IMG/VR virus record: IMGVR_UViG_3300028833_000009
Direction: 5' to 3' (one strand)
From: an uncultured virus (IMG/VR IMGVR_UViG_3300028833_000009)
Taxonomy: Duplodnaviria; Heunggongvirae; Uroviricota; Caudoviricetes
DNA: 64,000 bases
Part shown: positions 1 through 11,639 of the stretch, piece by piece
How positions within the stretch are numbered: position 1 is the first letter of the stretch
Layout: every line of letters starts with the position of its first letter
The notes under the pieces: generated by a model
The model's database searches: none
What the model was told of the DNA's origin: nothing
What the model saw: the letters and a program-made list of their open reading frames with translations, nothing else
Position numbers and translations under genes: made by a program

Positions 1-3000
1 AACCATCGGCTGTATTTTTAAGTGTACTAACTTTGCCTTCCGCAGTACTAACTCTATTAGTTAACCCGTCAACAGTATTGCTAAGTGTGCTAATTTTACC
101 GTCAGAATCATAAACTTCATGACTTAAGCCATCAGTTGTATTTTTAAGCGTGCTATAACCAGATTCAACATCACCGACTCGCATTGACAGTCCTTCATGA
201 TCGAGAATCAAAGAAGTAAATCCATCATTGGTTGTTAAGTCGATGATATCCCCACCAATATGTGTCGTAACAGTTCCATCACCAAGTTTTTCAACTATTG
301 TGCCACCAGTCAGATTGCCTTCATCGTAAATACCAAATGTAGCAGTTGTTACACCATCTTTACGAACAATCTTTGTTCCGGCATCCAGCAATACCTGGCC
401 ATCTTCTCCCAGGATCACATTACCTTTGTCATCCAGACTGGCAAGACCAATCTGAGTAGAATCTTTGGCAACCAGGCTGATTGTTTTGCTTACAGATCCA
501 TCTTGACGTTCGCCAATTTTAATATGATCACCGGTAATATAAGTATTAGATTCATCATTGATCATATCAACCATGATACCAGCATCAAGATTGCCTTCAT
601 GATAAACGCCATATGATGTTCCGTTTTGAGTCATGAATAATCCAGTGCCATTCTTGATAATCAGTTTCCTAATACCGGTCTGTTCATCATACTCATATTC
701 ATACTCACCGCAAACATTACTTATATTTTGGAGAGCGTTGGTAACAATCTGTTGAGTGCTGCTGCTGCCAAGAGAAACAATGTCACCTTCGACTTTGGCA
801 ACGACCATTTCTCCACCAGCCCAGTTTTCAATTTCTTCACCAAATTTATAGCTTATTGCATCGCCAGATTCATTGAAGTATTTTTTAGTAATAAGCGCAC
901 CAATAAATCGATTATGATTATCAAGAGTAATTTCATCAGTGGCCATGGTCATTGCTATTTTGTAAATGGATGTTTCAACAACCTCGCCAGTTTTATCATC
1001 GTGAACGTAATAATGCCATTGACCGTCTTTACCTTTATAACTCGCAACATATCTATTTGAAGGATCTGTCCATAAAATAGCTCCGGAATTTTTATCAAAA
1101 AGTTGCGAAATATAAGGATCTTTCTCTGGATCTTCATATGGAACAACATTTTTTAATTCTGCTCCATTTGCCAATGTAATCGTTGAAGGCATTCTTACGG
1201 CAAGACCAGTTCGAATATCGATACCATATTCATCTTTTATATAATCGATCAAATTAAACTGTACAACATAATCAATTGTGTAAGCAGGGACAGTCATTAA
1301 CTGAAGTGTCCATTTGTCACTTGAATACGATTTATTAAGATGATAGTTATAATACTGTTGTGCAAGAGTGCCAGTTGGATCTTCCAATAATAGTGCATCA
1401 TATTCGGTTTGTTTGTAACCCGGTCCCATTGGACTGGCACTTTTATTGTGAACAGCTTTCCACATGTAATTGGTACTGTCAAAAACAGAACCAATATGCA
1501 CAAAATAATTTCGGCCATCTCTTCCCGGATAGTTACCGCTTTGATAATTATCATAGGCTCCTTCTATATAAGGAACAGGACCACCATTACGACGATAAAA
1601 TATCATATGCCGGGTTAAGAAATCAAAAACCACATCTTCCCAATCCCGCTGTTCAGTATCAGAACTGGACGATCCGGAAGATCTACTGGAAATTCCTGAG
1701 TTATTGCTCTTTGCCTGCCTATTCAGACCATAAGATTTTGTCATAACATTTGCAGGAACACCAAAGGTATAGGTATTGTTCTCAGGATTATACAGATCAT
1801 AGCTGATGCTCAAACAAGTCAAGCGAATAGTCTTTTTAACAGATCCAGTTCCATTATCTGATCCGGATGGATAGACAATATCTACCTGATCGCCAACCAG
1901 GATCTTATCGATACTCTTGTTACCAATCTGGTGAAAATCGATAGCTTTCAGAGAAAATCGTACAACATCACCCTGATAGTTATTGATAATCCACTTTTTC
2001 GCTTTTGCAAGCAAGTCTGATTTATTCTCAGCATCATCAAATGTGACAGTCTTAATAATCAGACCATACTTGGTAATTGCATCACGATAATCGTAATAAG
2101 TGTGATAGCCCTGATTAAGTTCTGGATCAGACACAGATTTGCCATTGCAAACATCTGGAACTTTTAGAATCTTTCCATCGATATAGAAATTCTTGGCACT
2201 ATTATTACCACTCGTATAGTGATTGATTCCCACAGGAATAATAGCTGTGAAAATATTGTCCACTTCCATCGTCTGGTTAATGTCAAGAACATTTTTTCCA
2301 ATTTCAAATTTCTGGTTGCTGACTTGGGAATTAAAATAATGATTCATCCAGTCAAGATGATGTTCCCATCTCGATGCCGAAGCATTCCACAAAGACCGAA
2401 CTCTGAAATATCCGCCATAATGGCTTCTCAAATCTTCCAGACCGCTCTTTGTATCAGACCATCCATCTGCTCCGTATTTTCGTCCAGTGTTCGGAAGCTG
2501 CTGTTCAGATGATACTGCAGAGGAATAATGTCCGGGAACTTCACCAACCACGAAATATCTGTTTGGGTCATTTTCAACCCAGTTATTGTGATTGTTCAGC
2601 AACTGCTGAATATATTCAAGCACACTGATCTTTTTACGGTTCTTTTCTTCCTGTCCTTCAAGAGGACTGTCCAGCAGGAAAGAAAGAGGGCCTTCACAGC
2701 GAATCTTTCGAGTCCCGTGAAAGCCCTCATCAACCGTCAGCACACGACCATAAAATATAGTCGTTTCATCATTTGGTATAGTAGGATCGCCAAAGGTAAT
2801 CCTGATATACGTTTTCATTTGCTGGAATGCATTATAAAATGGCGTTCCAGGTTCAATACTGAAATTAAACGATTCGGCATTTCCCATTTCAGCATTAGCA
2901 ATTGGGGAAATAAGCCTTAATTCTCCTTCCGAATTGGCAGGAATTGTCTGGACAAGAGCTTCTTTTGAAATTGTACTTCCATTTTGATTGTAGCCCTTGA

Positions 3001-3016
3001 TATAAATGTTAAACAT
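1..3016 (-). CDS. Tail tip / Tal-like (prophage tail endopeptidase-type) protein, >1000 aa, 3' end outside the window
   Basis: Absent from the ORF track, consistent with no stop in the window. The ATG at 3014-3016 overlaps the Dit stop (TAATG) and reads MFNIYIKGYNQ...IFYGRVLTVDEGFHGTRKIRCEGPLSFL. The frame was open at the spot checks near 1270 and 1-190, where 21-aa STLxNTxDGL repeats occur. Position after TMP and Dit. Confidence 0.75.
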   Translation of the reverse strand, partial: MFNIYIKGYNQNGSTISKEALVQTIPANSEGELRLISPIANAEMGNAESFNFSIEPGTPFYNAFQQMKTYIRITFGDPTIPNDETTIFYGRVLTVDEGFHGTRKIRCEGPLSFLLDSPLEGQEEKNRKKISVLEYIQQLLNNHNNWVENDPNRYFVVGEVPGHYSSAVSSEQQLPNTGRKYGADGWSDTKSGLEDLRSHYGGYFRVRSLWNASASRWEHHLDWMNHYFNSQVSNQKFEIGKNVLDINQTMEVDNIFTAIIPVGINHYTSGNNSAKNFYIDGKILKVPDVCNGKSVSDPELNQGYHTYYDYRDAITKYGLIIKTVTFDDAENKSDLLAKAKKWIINNYQGDVVRFSLKAIDFHQIGNKSIDKILVGDQVDIVYPSGSDNGTGSVKKTIRLTCLSISYDLYNPENNTYTFGVPANVMTKSYGLNRQAKSNNSGISSRSSGSSSSDTEQRDWEDVVFDFLTRHMIFYRRNGGPVPYIEGAYDNYQSGNYPGRDGRNYFVHIGSVFDSTNYMWKAVHNKSASPMGPGYKQTEYDALLLEDPTGTLAQQYYNYHLNKSYSSDKWTLQLMTVPAYTIDYVVQFNLIDYIKDEYGIDIRTGLAVRMPSTITLANGAELKNVVPYEDPEKDPYISQLFDKNSGAILWTDPSNRYVASYKGKDGQWHYYVHDDKTGEVVETSIYKIAMTMATDEITLDNHNRFIGALITKKYFNESGDAISYKFGEEIENWAGGEMVVAKVEGDIVSLGSSSTQQIVTNALQNISNVCGEYEYEYDEQTGIRKLIIKNGTGLFMTQNGTSYGVYHEGNLDAGIMVDMINDESNTYITGDHIKIGERQDGSVSKTISLVAKDSTQIGLASLDDKGNVILGEDGQVLLDAGTKIVRKDGVTTATFGIYDEGNLTGGTIVEKLGDGTVTTHIGGDIIDLTTNDGFTSLILDHEGLSMRVGDVESGYSTLKNTTDGLSHEVYDSDGKISTLSNTVDGLTNRVSTAEGKVSTLKNTADG

Positions 3017-3528
3017 TACAATCCTGCCTTTCCGCCATTAACCAGATACCTGTAAGGATCAAGTGTATACTCAATAGATACTGTTGAGTTCACTGCCCCG
3101 GGTTTCCAGTCTCTGAACATAAATCTACCTATGTAGTAATAGTTTCGTTCATCTTCAAGATACATTTTCATCTTTGACCCATCAAGAAAAGAAGCAATCG
3201 CAGCTCTTCTTGAAGGCCAGTCACCGTAATTCGTGTTTGCATACTGTTTAACACCATCTTTAGTCGTACGCTCATAAGGCGAATAGAATTCCGGACCATT
3301 GACAACATAAAACTCAAATGTGCCCGTCCGATTGGAATATACAGGTCTGCCAATCAGATAATCTGTAAGATCTAGCTGACCGTCTGCACCGGGAATGTCC
3401 ACGTATTTATACATAGCAGTCGGCTGGGCAACAATCGGTCTGGCAACAGGAATGAGATGCCAGTTGTCCCACGTGTTTACATGAATGTTACTGTTATCCA
3501 GCTTTTCAAATATTAACGAATGATACAT
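3016..3528 (-). CDS. Distal tail protein (Dit)
   Basis: VDIPGADGQLDLTDYL...YSNRTGTFEF and YYYIGRF...DPYRY motifs; directly after the tape measure gene. Confidence 0.8.
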   Translation of the reverse strand: MYHSLIFEKLDNSNIHVNTWDNWHLIPVARPIVAQPTAMYKYVDIPGADGQLDLTDYLIGRPVYSNRTGTFEFYVVNGPEFYSPYERTTKDGVKQYANTNYGDWPSRRAAIASFLDGSKMKMYLEDERNYYYIGRFMFRDWKPGAVNSTVSIEYTLDPYRYLVNGGKAGL

Positions 3529-3548
3529 ACTGGCATCTCCTTCCTAAA

Positions 3549-6500
3549 TTAGTTTTTCATGTTTATGCGATATGCATAATAACCCTGTTCGCCAAGGTAT
3601 TTGTCCATTGCCGGACCAATACCGAGTACGAGGTCTTCGCCGTCAACATGGAGATTAAGTGCACGTACTGCATCTCCAACATTGCCAACAGAAGAGTCAA
3701 CACTAAGTAACCGCTGATACAGAAGATCAAGTTTGGCACTATAGTCAATCGGTTTGATGGACTCTATAGATTCAGTTGCAAGAGTGAATGAATAATTTGT
3801 ACCGGCATTCAATGCATCTTTAAGTTCCTGTGTTTTATCCAGCACAGCTGTTCCATTCAGTATTGCATGCATTTGCTGCACTTGAGACTTGAATGTGGAG
3901 TCGTCAAGGTTGAGAACTGGAGTGATGGTTGGAGACAGGAAACTGGAAGCTTCAGATGAAAATTCTGAATAGTTTAAAGATTCAAAGAAACCATGCCAAT
4001 CAAATTTTGAAAGATTATCAAATGTAGAAGATCCAAAAGTAGCATCTGCAAAAATATTGCTTTGCGCCATAATGTCTCCGGCAACACTGATAATATTTAA
4101 AAACTGATGCGCAGAATCTAATTGCCGCTGACCAAACTTTTCAGTAAAATTAAAGAAATTAGTAAATGTTGATTCTTTAGTTATGATTGATTCCATAATA
4201 TCAGAAATAGTATTAATATATGCGTCAATTGGAATGGTATATACGGATCCAATTCCACCAAATGGATTAGCGCCATTATTAGTAAAACTATTATATGTTT
4301 CTGATAAAGCATGACTCAGGGAATTAATAATGTTTGCAAATGACTGTATGACTTTTACCATTCCTTCAATGTATGGAATTGCAGCTTCGAATTCTTCCTT
4401 AGTTATATCATTAGCTTTTAAATCTGCAACGACATCTTTTATAAAAATAAACAATGTATGCAAAGAACCTTCAAAAGTAGAAGCTCCTGTAGCAACATTA
4501 CTTCCTTTAAGCGTTACTTTCTCTTTATAACCAAACAAACTTTCAAAAATCGCATTAATCGAGTCATTATATCCGCTCATCAGGGAACCATTGTTGCTAT
4601 TCGTTAATGTGGCCGTCATTCTGACAACAGCATTAACTATGCTTGTGAATAAATCAATATATTTCTGAAGCGTAGGCAAATATTTCTCAACATCTTTGAA
4701 AGCATTGTATGATTCGCTTACATAGAACATGCTATCGCTTATGTTTGCAACTGGTTTGTCTTTTTCTCCTGTTATTTCTAGTGCAAATCCTGACATAAGC
4801 GCACTAAACCGACTAAACCATACTCCAAATGATCCAATAGTTCCATCATCAGGAGGCTGCGGAAGATCAATGGCTTTCTTCATAACATTCAAAAATGAAG
4901 AAGCAACATCAAATAAGTTTAATAACCATCCAAAATCATCATCCTTGGGTTTTACTAAAACTTCAGGATTTGTCAAATTATTCAAAGCTATTGCCAATTG
5001 CGTAGCAAATTCTGAAAATTTGTTAAAGAATTCAGTATTAAACTTGCTTGGATCATATTTGTCCAAAGATATAGCCATTTTTGTTATCATTGTGGCGGTC
5101 ATTAATGCCATTCGAACATTTGCTTCATTATATGTGTGAGAAAGCTTATTTTCTGATTCTTCATTTACATTATTAATGGCATCTAAGAATTGACCAAGAC
5201 CAGTTCCAAGTGATTGAATATTGCTAGCGAAAGCACTTAAGCCCTTGTCGCCATCAAATATCTTAGTAAGGAATGAATCGCTTGGAAGATTCCTAAGACT
5301 AATGCCTATTTCAGTGATTGCATGCAATGCCTGAATAGCAAGTTTTATATTTTTTTCATCCAGTGTCATTGTATTAGAAGCAAAAGAACTCAATGCATTT
5401 CCAAGTTCACCAATATTTAGCGAAAACTTGGAAACATTTTCGCTATCTGTACCCGAACTAAATGTGATTCGCTCAATAATACCTATAAATCTATTGATAT
5501 CTTCATCTTCAGTTCCAGTTAATTCCATACATGCTTTTGCAATAGATGACAAAGATCCAGCAAGAATAATCAAACCTTCGGCAGATTTCAATCCTTCACC
5601 ACTTACCTGCGGAATCGATTCTTTATTAAACATTTCAATAGCATTTTTAAATTCATCATCTTCAAACATCTTTTTCAGCAGTGTTGTAACATTTGTAAAA
5701 TCGATTTCTTTTGGTTCTTCTCCTGGTTTGAATATAGTAGTATCATTGAACAACCTTGCTATTGCCCCAAGACTCATAAAAGCATCTTTAAAATTGGCAA
5801 ATGCATTATCTTCATCAACTGCAAATTCTCCAAATGCTTTCATTTTATCTTTCAGACTAAGCAATGAATCAAGTCCTGTAGCAGCCTTATCAAATCCGTC
5901 AACGCCTTCTTTAAACAAACCTATTGCACTGCCTAATTTACTAAACATTGTTGATAATATGCCAATTGCTTTTGGAACATCATCAACATGCTGCATCTTA
6001 GGAAGTTCTTGATCAGTGCCTTCTTTTATCTCAATGTCAATTGTATAAAGAATAGATAGTATTTCTATAATTAATGTTTTTGTATCCTTAACTGTCTGTA
6101 TAGCACTGCCAAGTTGATCTTTTACACTTGAAAGATCTCTAGTTATATTTACAATGTTACCAGCTAAAGTTTCTCCACCAAGGCCAAGATTGCTAAGAGC
6201 ATCTGCAATATTTCCACTCATCAATTCGACAACATCCGCCAACTGCCCTGCGCCAAGAGACAAACCTGTAGTTTTTCCAAGTGTTCCGCCCAAGTTCTCA
6301 ATCCATGAAATAGCACCGCTGCCAAGCCATCCGGTAAGGTTCGTTAATCCCTTTTTAAAAAGCCCATCATATTCATTTTTTGCAATGCCATTAATTAATT
6401 CTCCTGTTTCTTTTTCACCATCAAAAAGATCAGTAACAGCATCTACAACGTCATCTGAAGATTTACCTTGCTCTTTTTTGGCTTTTTTAAGCTCAGCAGC

Positions 6501-9500
6501 TTCTTTACGCCAATCAAAGAATGCTCCAAGTGCTTTTAAACCATATTTAATTCCAGCATACCACATCAGTTTATCAAGAATTTCTTTTATAATTGTACCA
6601 AATGATTCTAAAGTTTCTAAAAATCTTTGAAGCTTTGTTTTGCCATCAGCACCAATAGTGTCATCCAAATTTAATGCCGCAAGATATGCAAGCACTCCGA
6701 CAAGACCTGAAATGAATATTGTTATGCCAGTCCATTTTATAGTATAACCAATATCTTCTATCTCATCACCAATGGATAGCATGTCTTTTAATTGAGCAAG
6801 CAATGCCGTTACAGCAATAAGAACAACAGATATACCAATAAGTTTATTATTGCTAACTGCATTAATAAAGTCGGATATTTTATTAAATATGTCTTTTCCG
6901 GTGCCAAGTATACGGTCCCAAAAAGATTCTTGTTTTTCAGCACTCTCAGCAGCGTTCTCGGTATCTTTAGTACCTTCAGCACTTGCTGTACCTAATCCGA
7001 ATATAGATAAAACTGTACTAAGAATATCCATACCTTTTTCTGCGCCAGAAGTTGAATCCTGCATGTTTTCAACAAAATCCATGCGCCATTTATCTGCTGC
7101 TTCCTGTCCCTGATTAACAAGAATATCGTTATACATTTTTTCTTGAATCGGAGTCAATTTCTTTTTAAATACAGCAGCTGTTTTATTAGCTTCTTTTTCT
7201 ACTTCTTTTACAGCTTCATTATCATTACCACTACTAAATAACTTCGAAAACAACTTTGGAATCTGCATACTAACTTCAGCAACTGCAGATTCAATAAACT
7301 TCGGAATCGTTTCAGTAATGAATTTCCAAATCGATTGACCGATATTCTGAATGGATTCCCACAGCGGATTTCCTTTACCTTCTTTTTGGTTCTTATTTTC
7401 TTCGGCAATCATTCCGCCAATATCAAGGCCCTTTTCGTGTCCGGCATTCAGCCAGTTGGTAAGATTGGTAACACCATTACCTAACCATTGTATGGCTTTA
7501 TTAATGCCATCCAGAATCACAGGACCCATATTGGAAAATAGTGCACCGACAGAATTAATGACACCTTTAAAGAATTTGGCAATTGGATTAGCATTCTCAG
7601 TTCCCTGTTTATAAAGACCTGCTTCAACAATCTTGTTTTGTTTGATCAGATCATCATAAACCCGTTGATCAAATACATTGTCCCAGTCATTGACAATATC
7701 CTCAATGAATCCTTGTCCATTCTTTTTGTTCTCTTCAGAAAATAAGGAACCAAAGAAGGTGTCAATAATCGAAGGAAGTGTGGTAACAAAATTGGGAACA
7801 TCTTCAGTTATAAATTTTTTCACTGCATCAGTAGTAACTCTTACCCAATCTTCCAACTGTTTTACAATTGTATTAGTATGACTTTTACGATATTTTTCAG
7901 CTTCAGTCCATCCGCCACCCTTAAGAATCTGATCATATGTTTCCTGAGAAAATCCACCAACTTTTTCTGCAAGGGTTCTGGTTGGATCAAATAAAGTTTT
8001 AAAGAACTTTCCGGCAACATCTAATGTATTGCCTATTTTTTTGGGAATATCTTTTATAAAGTTCTCAACGTCGATAACTGCCTGATCAAACCAATTCTTT
8101 AAAGGAGTTTCAACTTTAACATATTGTTTCATGCCATTTTTAGTTCCAACTTCATATTTTTTATAGAATAAACCATCTATAAATTCTCCAATAATTGAAG
8201 GAACTTTGCTGACAAATTCCGGAATAGTAACTGTAATAAAATGCCACACATCAGACACTGCTTGATTAAGCCATTCATTCAATGGCGTTGCGACCATCAA
8301 GTCATAAGTGTTACCATTTTTACCAGTAACAGTTCGACGTTCATAGAACAATCCTTCAATGAAATTCCAGACAATTGAAGGCAGCCTCTTGACAGTATCT
8401 GGAATCGTGACAGTAATGAACTTCTTAACATCCTCGACAGCCTGGTCAAGCCAGCGTTTAAGATTTGTGTTAGTTACCTGCTCATATTTCTTGCCATCTT
8501 TTCCGGTTACCGTAGTTCTAACATAAAAAAGCTTATCAAAGAACGAACCAATAATAGATGGGATCTTCTTAATGTTTGCAGGAATTGTAACTGTGATGAA
8601 CTTCTTTACATTTGCAATGGTACTGTCAAGCCATTTCTTAAGAACTGTCTTACGCTCAAATTCTTTCAGATTGCCATTAACGTCTCTGTAATAAAGTGCA
8701 TTGCCTTTTCGATCTGTTGCTTTCTCATAGAACAATCCATGAACAAATGAACCAATCAAAGAAGGAATAGACAAAATAGCATTCGGAATATCCTGCGTAA
8801 TAAACTTCTTAACATCCTCGACAGCCTGATCAAGCCATTTCTTAAGAGGCGTACGATTATCTACAAAATCACCATAATGATATACGCCCTTCGCATCTGG
8901 CTTCAATTCACCATTATCTACATAAAACAGACTTCTGAAAAATGTTCCGATAGCCGATGGGATTCCCTTAACAGTATTCGGAATTGTAACAGAAATGAAA
9001 CTCCATACATCTTTAACTGCCTGATCCAACCATTTCTGAATACCTATAATGATCGGATTAGTATGACTTTTACGATATTTTTCAGCTTCAGTCCATCCGC
9101 CACTCTTAAGAATCTGATCATATGTTTCCTGAGAAAATCCACCGATCTTTTCCGCAAGGCTAGTCTTTGAATCTGTCCAGTGAGAAACAAACTTCGAAAT
9201 ACGGTTTGGAAGATCTCTGATAAAGTTACCAATATTCTCGATCGCCTTATTAAAGTTCTCTTTGACTTTCTGTACAAAATCATTAGTTTCAAAGAATTTG
9301 GAAATGTTCTTAAATATGCCGCCTTCTTCGACATCGCCATTAGCTTTGTCAATACCGAGCAAAACGCGTAAATCATCAATAATGGATTTAAAGAAATCTC
9401 CAACTGCACCAAACGCCTGCTTGCATGCGTCGCCAAGTTCTTTAATATCATCCGCAATTCCACCGATAACGCCTTTTCCATCTTTTTCCTGTTGAACAGA

Positions 9501-11639
9501 TCCAACACCGATAATTTCCAAAACTAAACCAAGAAGGTCTGAAAAGAATTCAATTGTGTATTGAATGGAAGATGCAGACATATCCGCAAAGAATACACCA
9601 ATGTCAGCAAGAAAATCAACAACAGGAGATAAAACTGTACTTGCTTTTTCTGCAAGTTTCACAATATTTCCTATACCGTCTTGTACTTTTGAATATGCAT
9701 TATTACCCAAATTTACATCAGGATTAATCAAATCAAAGAATGGTTGCGAAACTTTAATGATCGCATCAAATATATGATCAAACAACGGACTCAATGCAGT
9801 AAACAGCTTAAGAACACCATCAAAACCCATTCCTACAGCTCGTCCTGCACCTTTTGCCAGAATTCCTATACGCTCGAATACCATTCCGATTCTATCAATT
9901 CTGGAAATACCGTTTTCATCAACCTGATTAAACCAATCCCGAATATCCAGAATAAAGTTTTTAATATCCCTTGACATAATAGCAAGGCGAATACCAATTT
10001 GTTTTGTAGAATTATCAAATGAATTGGCTGCTTCTTCTGCTTGATTTTTGATATTCGTTTTATAAGCTTCAGCAGCATCATATCCGCCAAGACTCAAAAT
10101 TCGATCATATTCCTTTTTATCAAATAACTTATCAAACATTTCTTCTGCAGAATAACTAAGCAAACCAACCTTTTTAAAAATATCACCAAGCAGATCGTCA
10201 ATCGCTGTCAAAGCGCCAACCATGCTGTCACGTCCGCCGTTAGCACTCCATTTTTCAAGAATGCTGTTCCGAAAATCACCAATAGCATAAATAGCGCTTG
10301 CAAGATTGCTTTCTGTTAACTGCGTAAAGAAAGTAGCAGCTTCATCAAGTTTGCCAAACAAATATTCAAAAGACTTTGCCCAACCTCTGGAAATAGTATC
10401 TTTCAGAGTGTTCAGAACATCTGTAAAACTTCTTGCTTCCTGACCTGCACGAAATGCTTCCCATGAAAAGCGAGTTAAATTTAAACCTTTTGTAAATTCA
10501 TTAAGTTGCTTCGTATACTCTTCCTGAGTAATTGCTCCTTCGGAAAGTAGCTCCTGAAGCTCTTTTGTTTTATCTGCTATTTCTTCACTTTTCAGATTTT
10601 CAAAATATTCATCCATTGCAGCATTATACTGCTCCTGGGTGATCGTATTTTCTTTTAACTGTTTATTCAGATCACGTTCAAATTCTTTTATCTCGTTAAC
10701 CTTGTCAACATCAACGGTACTAAAATAATACATCTCGCCAAAAACTTTCTCCATGACCTGTTTATTAAACCATCTTGAAGCAAGCTTTGTACCGAGATTT
10801 TCAGCAGTAATACCAGAAGTATCAGCACCACTTGTCTTTACTTCTGATCCTGCCAGTTTCTTTGTCTTATAAGTACCTTTTTTCTTTTTATCTTCTTCCA
10901 ATGTTCCGATAGCAACCGCGGCATCCAATATAGCCTGATTAAACTTTGTGCCAACCATCGGAAGAGATTCAAAGCTGATCCAGTCATTGCTCAGCATGGC
11001 ACCTTTGGAATATGCCTGCTGAAGGTTCAAATATGCTCTTGTTGCCTCCTGTGTATTAACACCCATGGAAGCAGCAGCATTCGAAAGACCCTCAACCATT
11101 CGCTGAGCAGTGTCAAGAGAAGCACCAGATGTCTTAAACTTCGCCATTGTGGAAACAAGCTGATCCAGTGAATATGAAGTCTGATCGGCATATGTTCCAA
11201 GTCGTTCGATAACATTGTATGATGCTTCCTGAGTTTCTCCGGCAGACACAAGCGTTCGCACAGATCCCAAAATATCAGTATACCGCTGCATACCATAACT
11301 GACCTGTGCGGAACTGAGACTGTGTACAAGACCATTGAAACTGTTCTGAATCTTAAAAAATACGCCGACAACTTCATCGGCGATACCGCTCAGCAGTTTC
11401 TGTCTGAGCATACCTGTAAAGGAAGTAAATCCTTTCTGGAGCTTCTCAAGAGACTCAGATGCCTTTTCAGTTGCTTCTTTCGTCTTATTGGAAAGCTCTG
11501 CAATAGACTTATCGGCGTCTGCCAGATTTAAAGACTTTTTAAGTTCATCCAGCTTTTTAACTGTTCTGTCAACGCCTTTTTCGAATTGTTCCGAATTAAA
11601 TTTCGCTTCAACAACTCGAGTATCAACTACGTCTGGCAC
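3549..11639 (-). CDS. Tape measure protein (2696 aa)
   Basis: VDTRVVEAKFNSEQFEKG N-terminus, YADQTSYS tape-measure domain, helical W/F repeats, position in tail module. Confidence 0.92.
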   Translation of the reverse strand: MPDVVDTRVVEAKFNSEQFEKGVDRTVKKLDELKKSLNLADADKSIAELSNKTKEATEKASESLEKLQKGFTSFTGMLRQKLLSGIADEVVGVFFKIQNSFNGLVHSLSSAQVSYGMQRYTDILGSVRTLVSAGETQEASYNVIERLGTYADQTSYSLDQLVSTMAKFKTSGASLDTAQRMVEGLSNAAASMGVNTQEATRAYLNLQQAYSKGAMLSNDWISFESLPMVGTKFNQAILDAAVAIGTLEEDKKKKGTYKTKKLAGSEVKTSGADTSGITAENLGTKLASRWFNKQVMEKVFGEMYYFSTVDVDKVNEIKEFERDLNKQLKENTITQEQYNAAMDEYFENLKSEEIADKTKELQELLSEGAITQEEYTKQLNEFTKGLNLTRFSWEAFRAGQEARSFTDVLNTLKDTISRGWAKSFEYLFGKLDEAATFFTQLTESNLASAIYAIGDFRNSILEKWSANGGRDSMVGALTAIDDLLGDIFKKVGLLSYSAEEMFDKLFDKKEYDRILSLGGYDAAEAYKTNIKNQAEEAANSFDNSTKQIGIRLAIMSRDIKNFILDIRDWFNQVDENGISRIDRIGMVFERIGILAKGAGRAVGMGFDGVLKLFTALSPLFDHIFDAIIKVSQPFFDLINPDVNLGNNAYSKVQDGIGNIVKLAEKASTVLSPVVDFLADIGVFFADMSASSIQYTIEFFSDLLGLVLEIIGVGSVQQEKDGKGVIGGIADDIKELGDACKQAFGAVGDFFKSIIDDLRVLLGIDKANGDVEEGGIFKNISKFFETNDFVQKVKENFNKAIENIGNFIRDLPNRISKFVSHWTDSKTSLAEKIGGFSQETYDQILKSGGWTEAEKYRKSHTNPIIIGIQKWLDQAVKDVWSFISVTIPNTVKGIPSAIGTFFRSLFYVDNGELKPDAKGVYHYGDFVDNRTPLKKWLDQAVEDVKKFITQDIPNAILSIPSLIGSFVHGLFYEKATDRKGNALYYRDVNGNLKEFERKTVLKKWLDSTIANVKKFITVTIPANIKKIPSIIGSFFDKLFYVRTTVTGKDGKKYEQVTNTNLKRWLDQAVEDVKKFITVTIPDTVKRLPSIVWNFIEGLFYERRTVTGKNGNTYDLMVATPLNEWLNQAVSDVWHFITVTIPEFVSKVPSIIGEFIDGLFYKKYEVGTKNGMKQYVKVETPLKNWFDQAVIDVENFIKDIPKKIGNTLDVAGKFFKTLFDPTRTLAEKVGGFSQETYDQILKGGGWTEAEKYRKSHTNTIVKQLEDWVRVTTDAVKKFITEDVPNFVTTLPSIIDTFFGSLFSEENKKNGQGFIEDIVNDWDNVFDQRVYDDLIKQNKIVEAGLYKQGTENANPIAKFFKGVINSVGALFSNMGPVILDGINKAIQWLGNGVTNLTNWLNAGHEKGLDIGGMIAEENKNQKEGKGNPLWESIQNIGQSIWKFITETIPKFIESAVAEVSMQIPKLFSKLFSSGNDNEAVKEVEKEANKTAAVFKKKLTPIQEKMYNDILVNQGQEAADKWRMDFVENMQDSTSGAEKGMDILSTVLSIFGLGTASAEGTKDTENAAESAEKQESFWDRILGTGKDIFNKISDFINAVSNNKLIGISVVLIAVTALLAQLKDMLSIGDEIEDIGYTIKWTGITIFISGLVGVLAYLAALNLDDTIGADGKTKLQRFLETLESFGTIIKEILDKLMWYAGIKYGLKALGAFFDWRKEAAELKKAKKEQGKSSDDVVDAVTDLFDGEKETGELINGIAKNEYDGLFKKGLTNLTGWLGSGAISWIENLGGTLGKTTGLSLGAGQLADVVELMSGNIADALSNLGLGGETLAGNIVNITRDLSSVKDQLGSAIQTVKDTKTLIIEILSILYTIDIEIKEGTDQELPKMQHVDDVPKAIGILSTMFSKLGSAIGLFKEGVDGFDKAATGLDSLLSLKDKMKAFGEFAVDEDNAFANFKDAFMSLGAIARLFNDTTIFKPGEEPKEIDFTNVTTLLKKMFEDDEFKNAIEMFNKESIPQVSGEGLKSAEGLIILAGSLSSIAKACMELTGTEDEDINRFIGIIERITFSSGTDSENVSKFSLNIGELGNALSSFASNTMTLDEKNIKLAIQALHAITEIGISLRNLPSDSFLTKIFDGDKGLSAFASNIQSLGTGLGQFLDAINNVNEESENKLSHTYNEANVRMALMTATMITKMAISLDKYDPSKFNTEFFNKFSEFATQLAIALNNLTNPEVLVKPKDDDFGWLLNLFDVASSFLNVMKKAIDLPQPPDDGTIGSFGVWFSRFSALMSGFALEITGEKDKPVANISDSMFYVSESYNAFKDVEKYLPTLQKYIDLFTSIVNAVVRMTATLTNSNNGSLMSGYNDSINAIFESLFGYKEKVTLKGSNVATGASTFEGSLHTLFIFIKDVVADLKANDITKEEFEAAIPYIEGMVKVIQSFANIINSLSHALSETYNSFTNNGANPFGGIGSVYTIPIDAYINTISDIMESIITKESTFTNFFNFTEKFGQRQLDSAHQFLNIISVAGDIMAQSNIFADATFGSSTFDNLSKFDWHGFFESLNYSEFSSEASSFLSPTITPVLNLDDSTFKSQVQQMHAILNGTAVLDKTQELKDALNAGTNYSFTLATESIESIKPIDYSAKLDLLYQRLLSVDSSVGNVGDAVRALNLHVDGEDLVLGIGPAMDKYLGEQGYYAYRINMKN

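Noticed and set aside
7873..9159. DGR template/variable repeat pair
   Set aside because: Both copies are coding and in frame, differences are few, and no reverse transcriptase is present in the window
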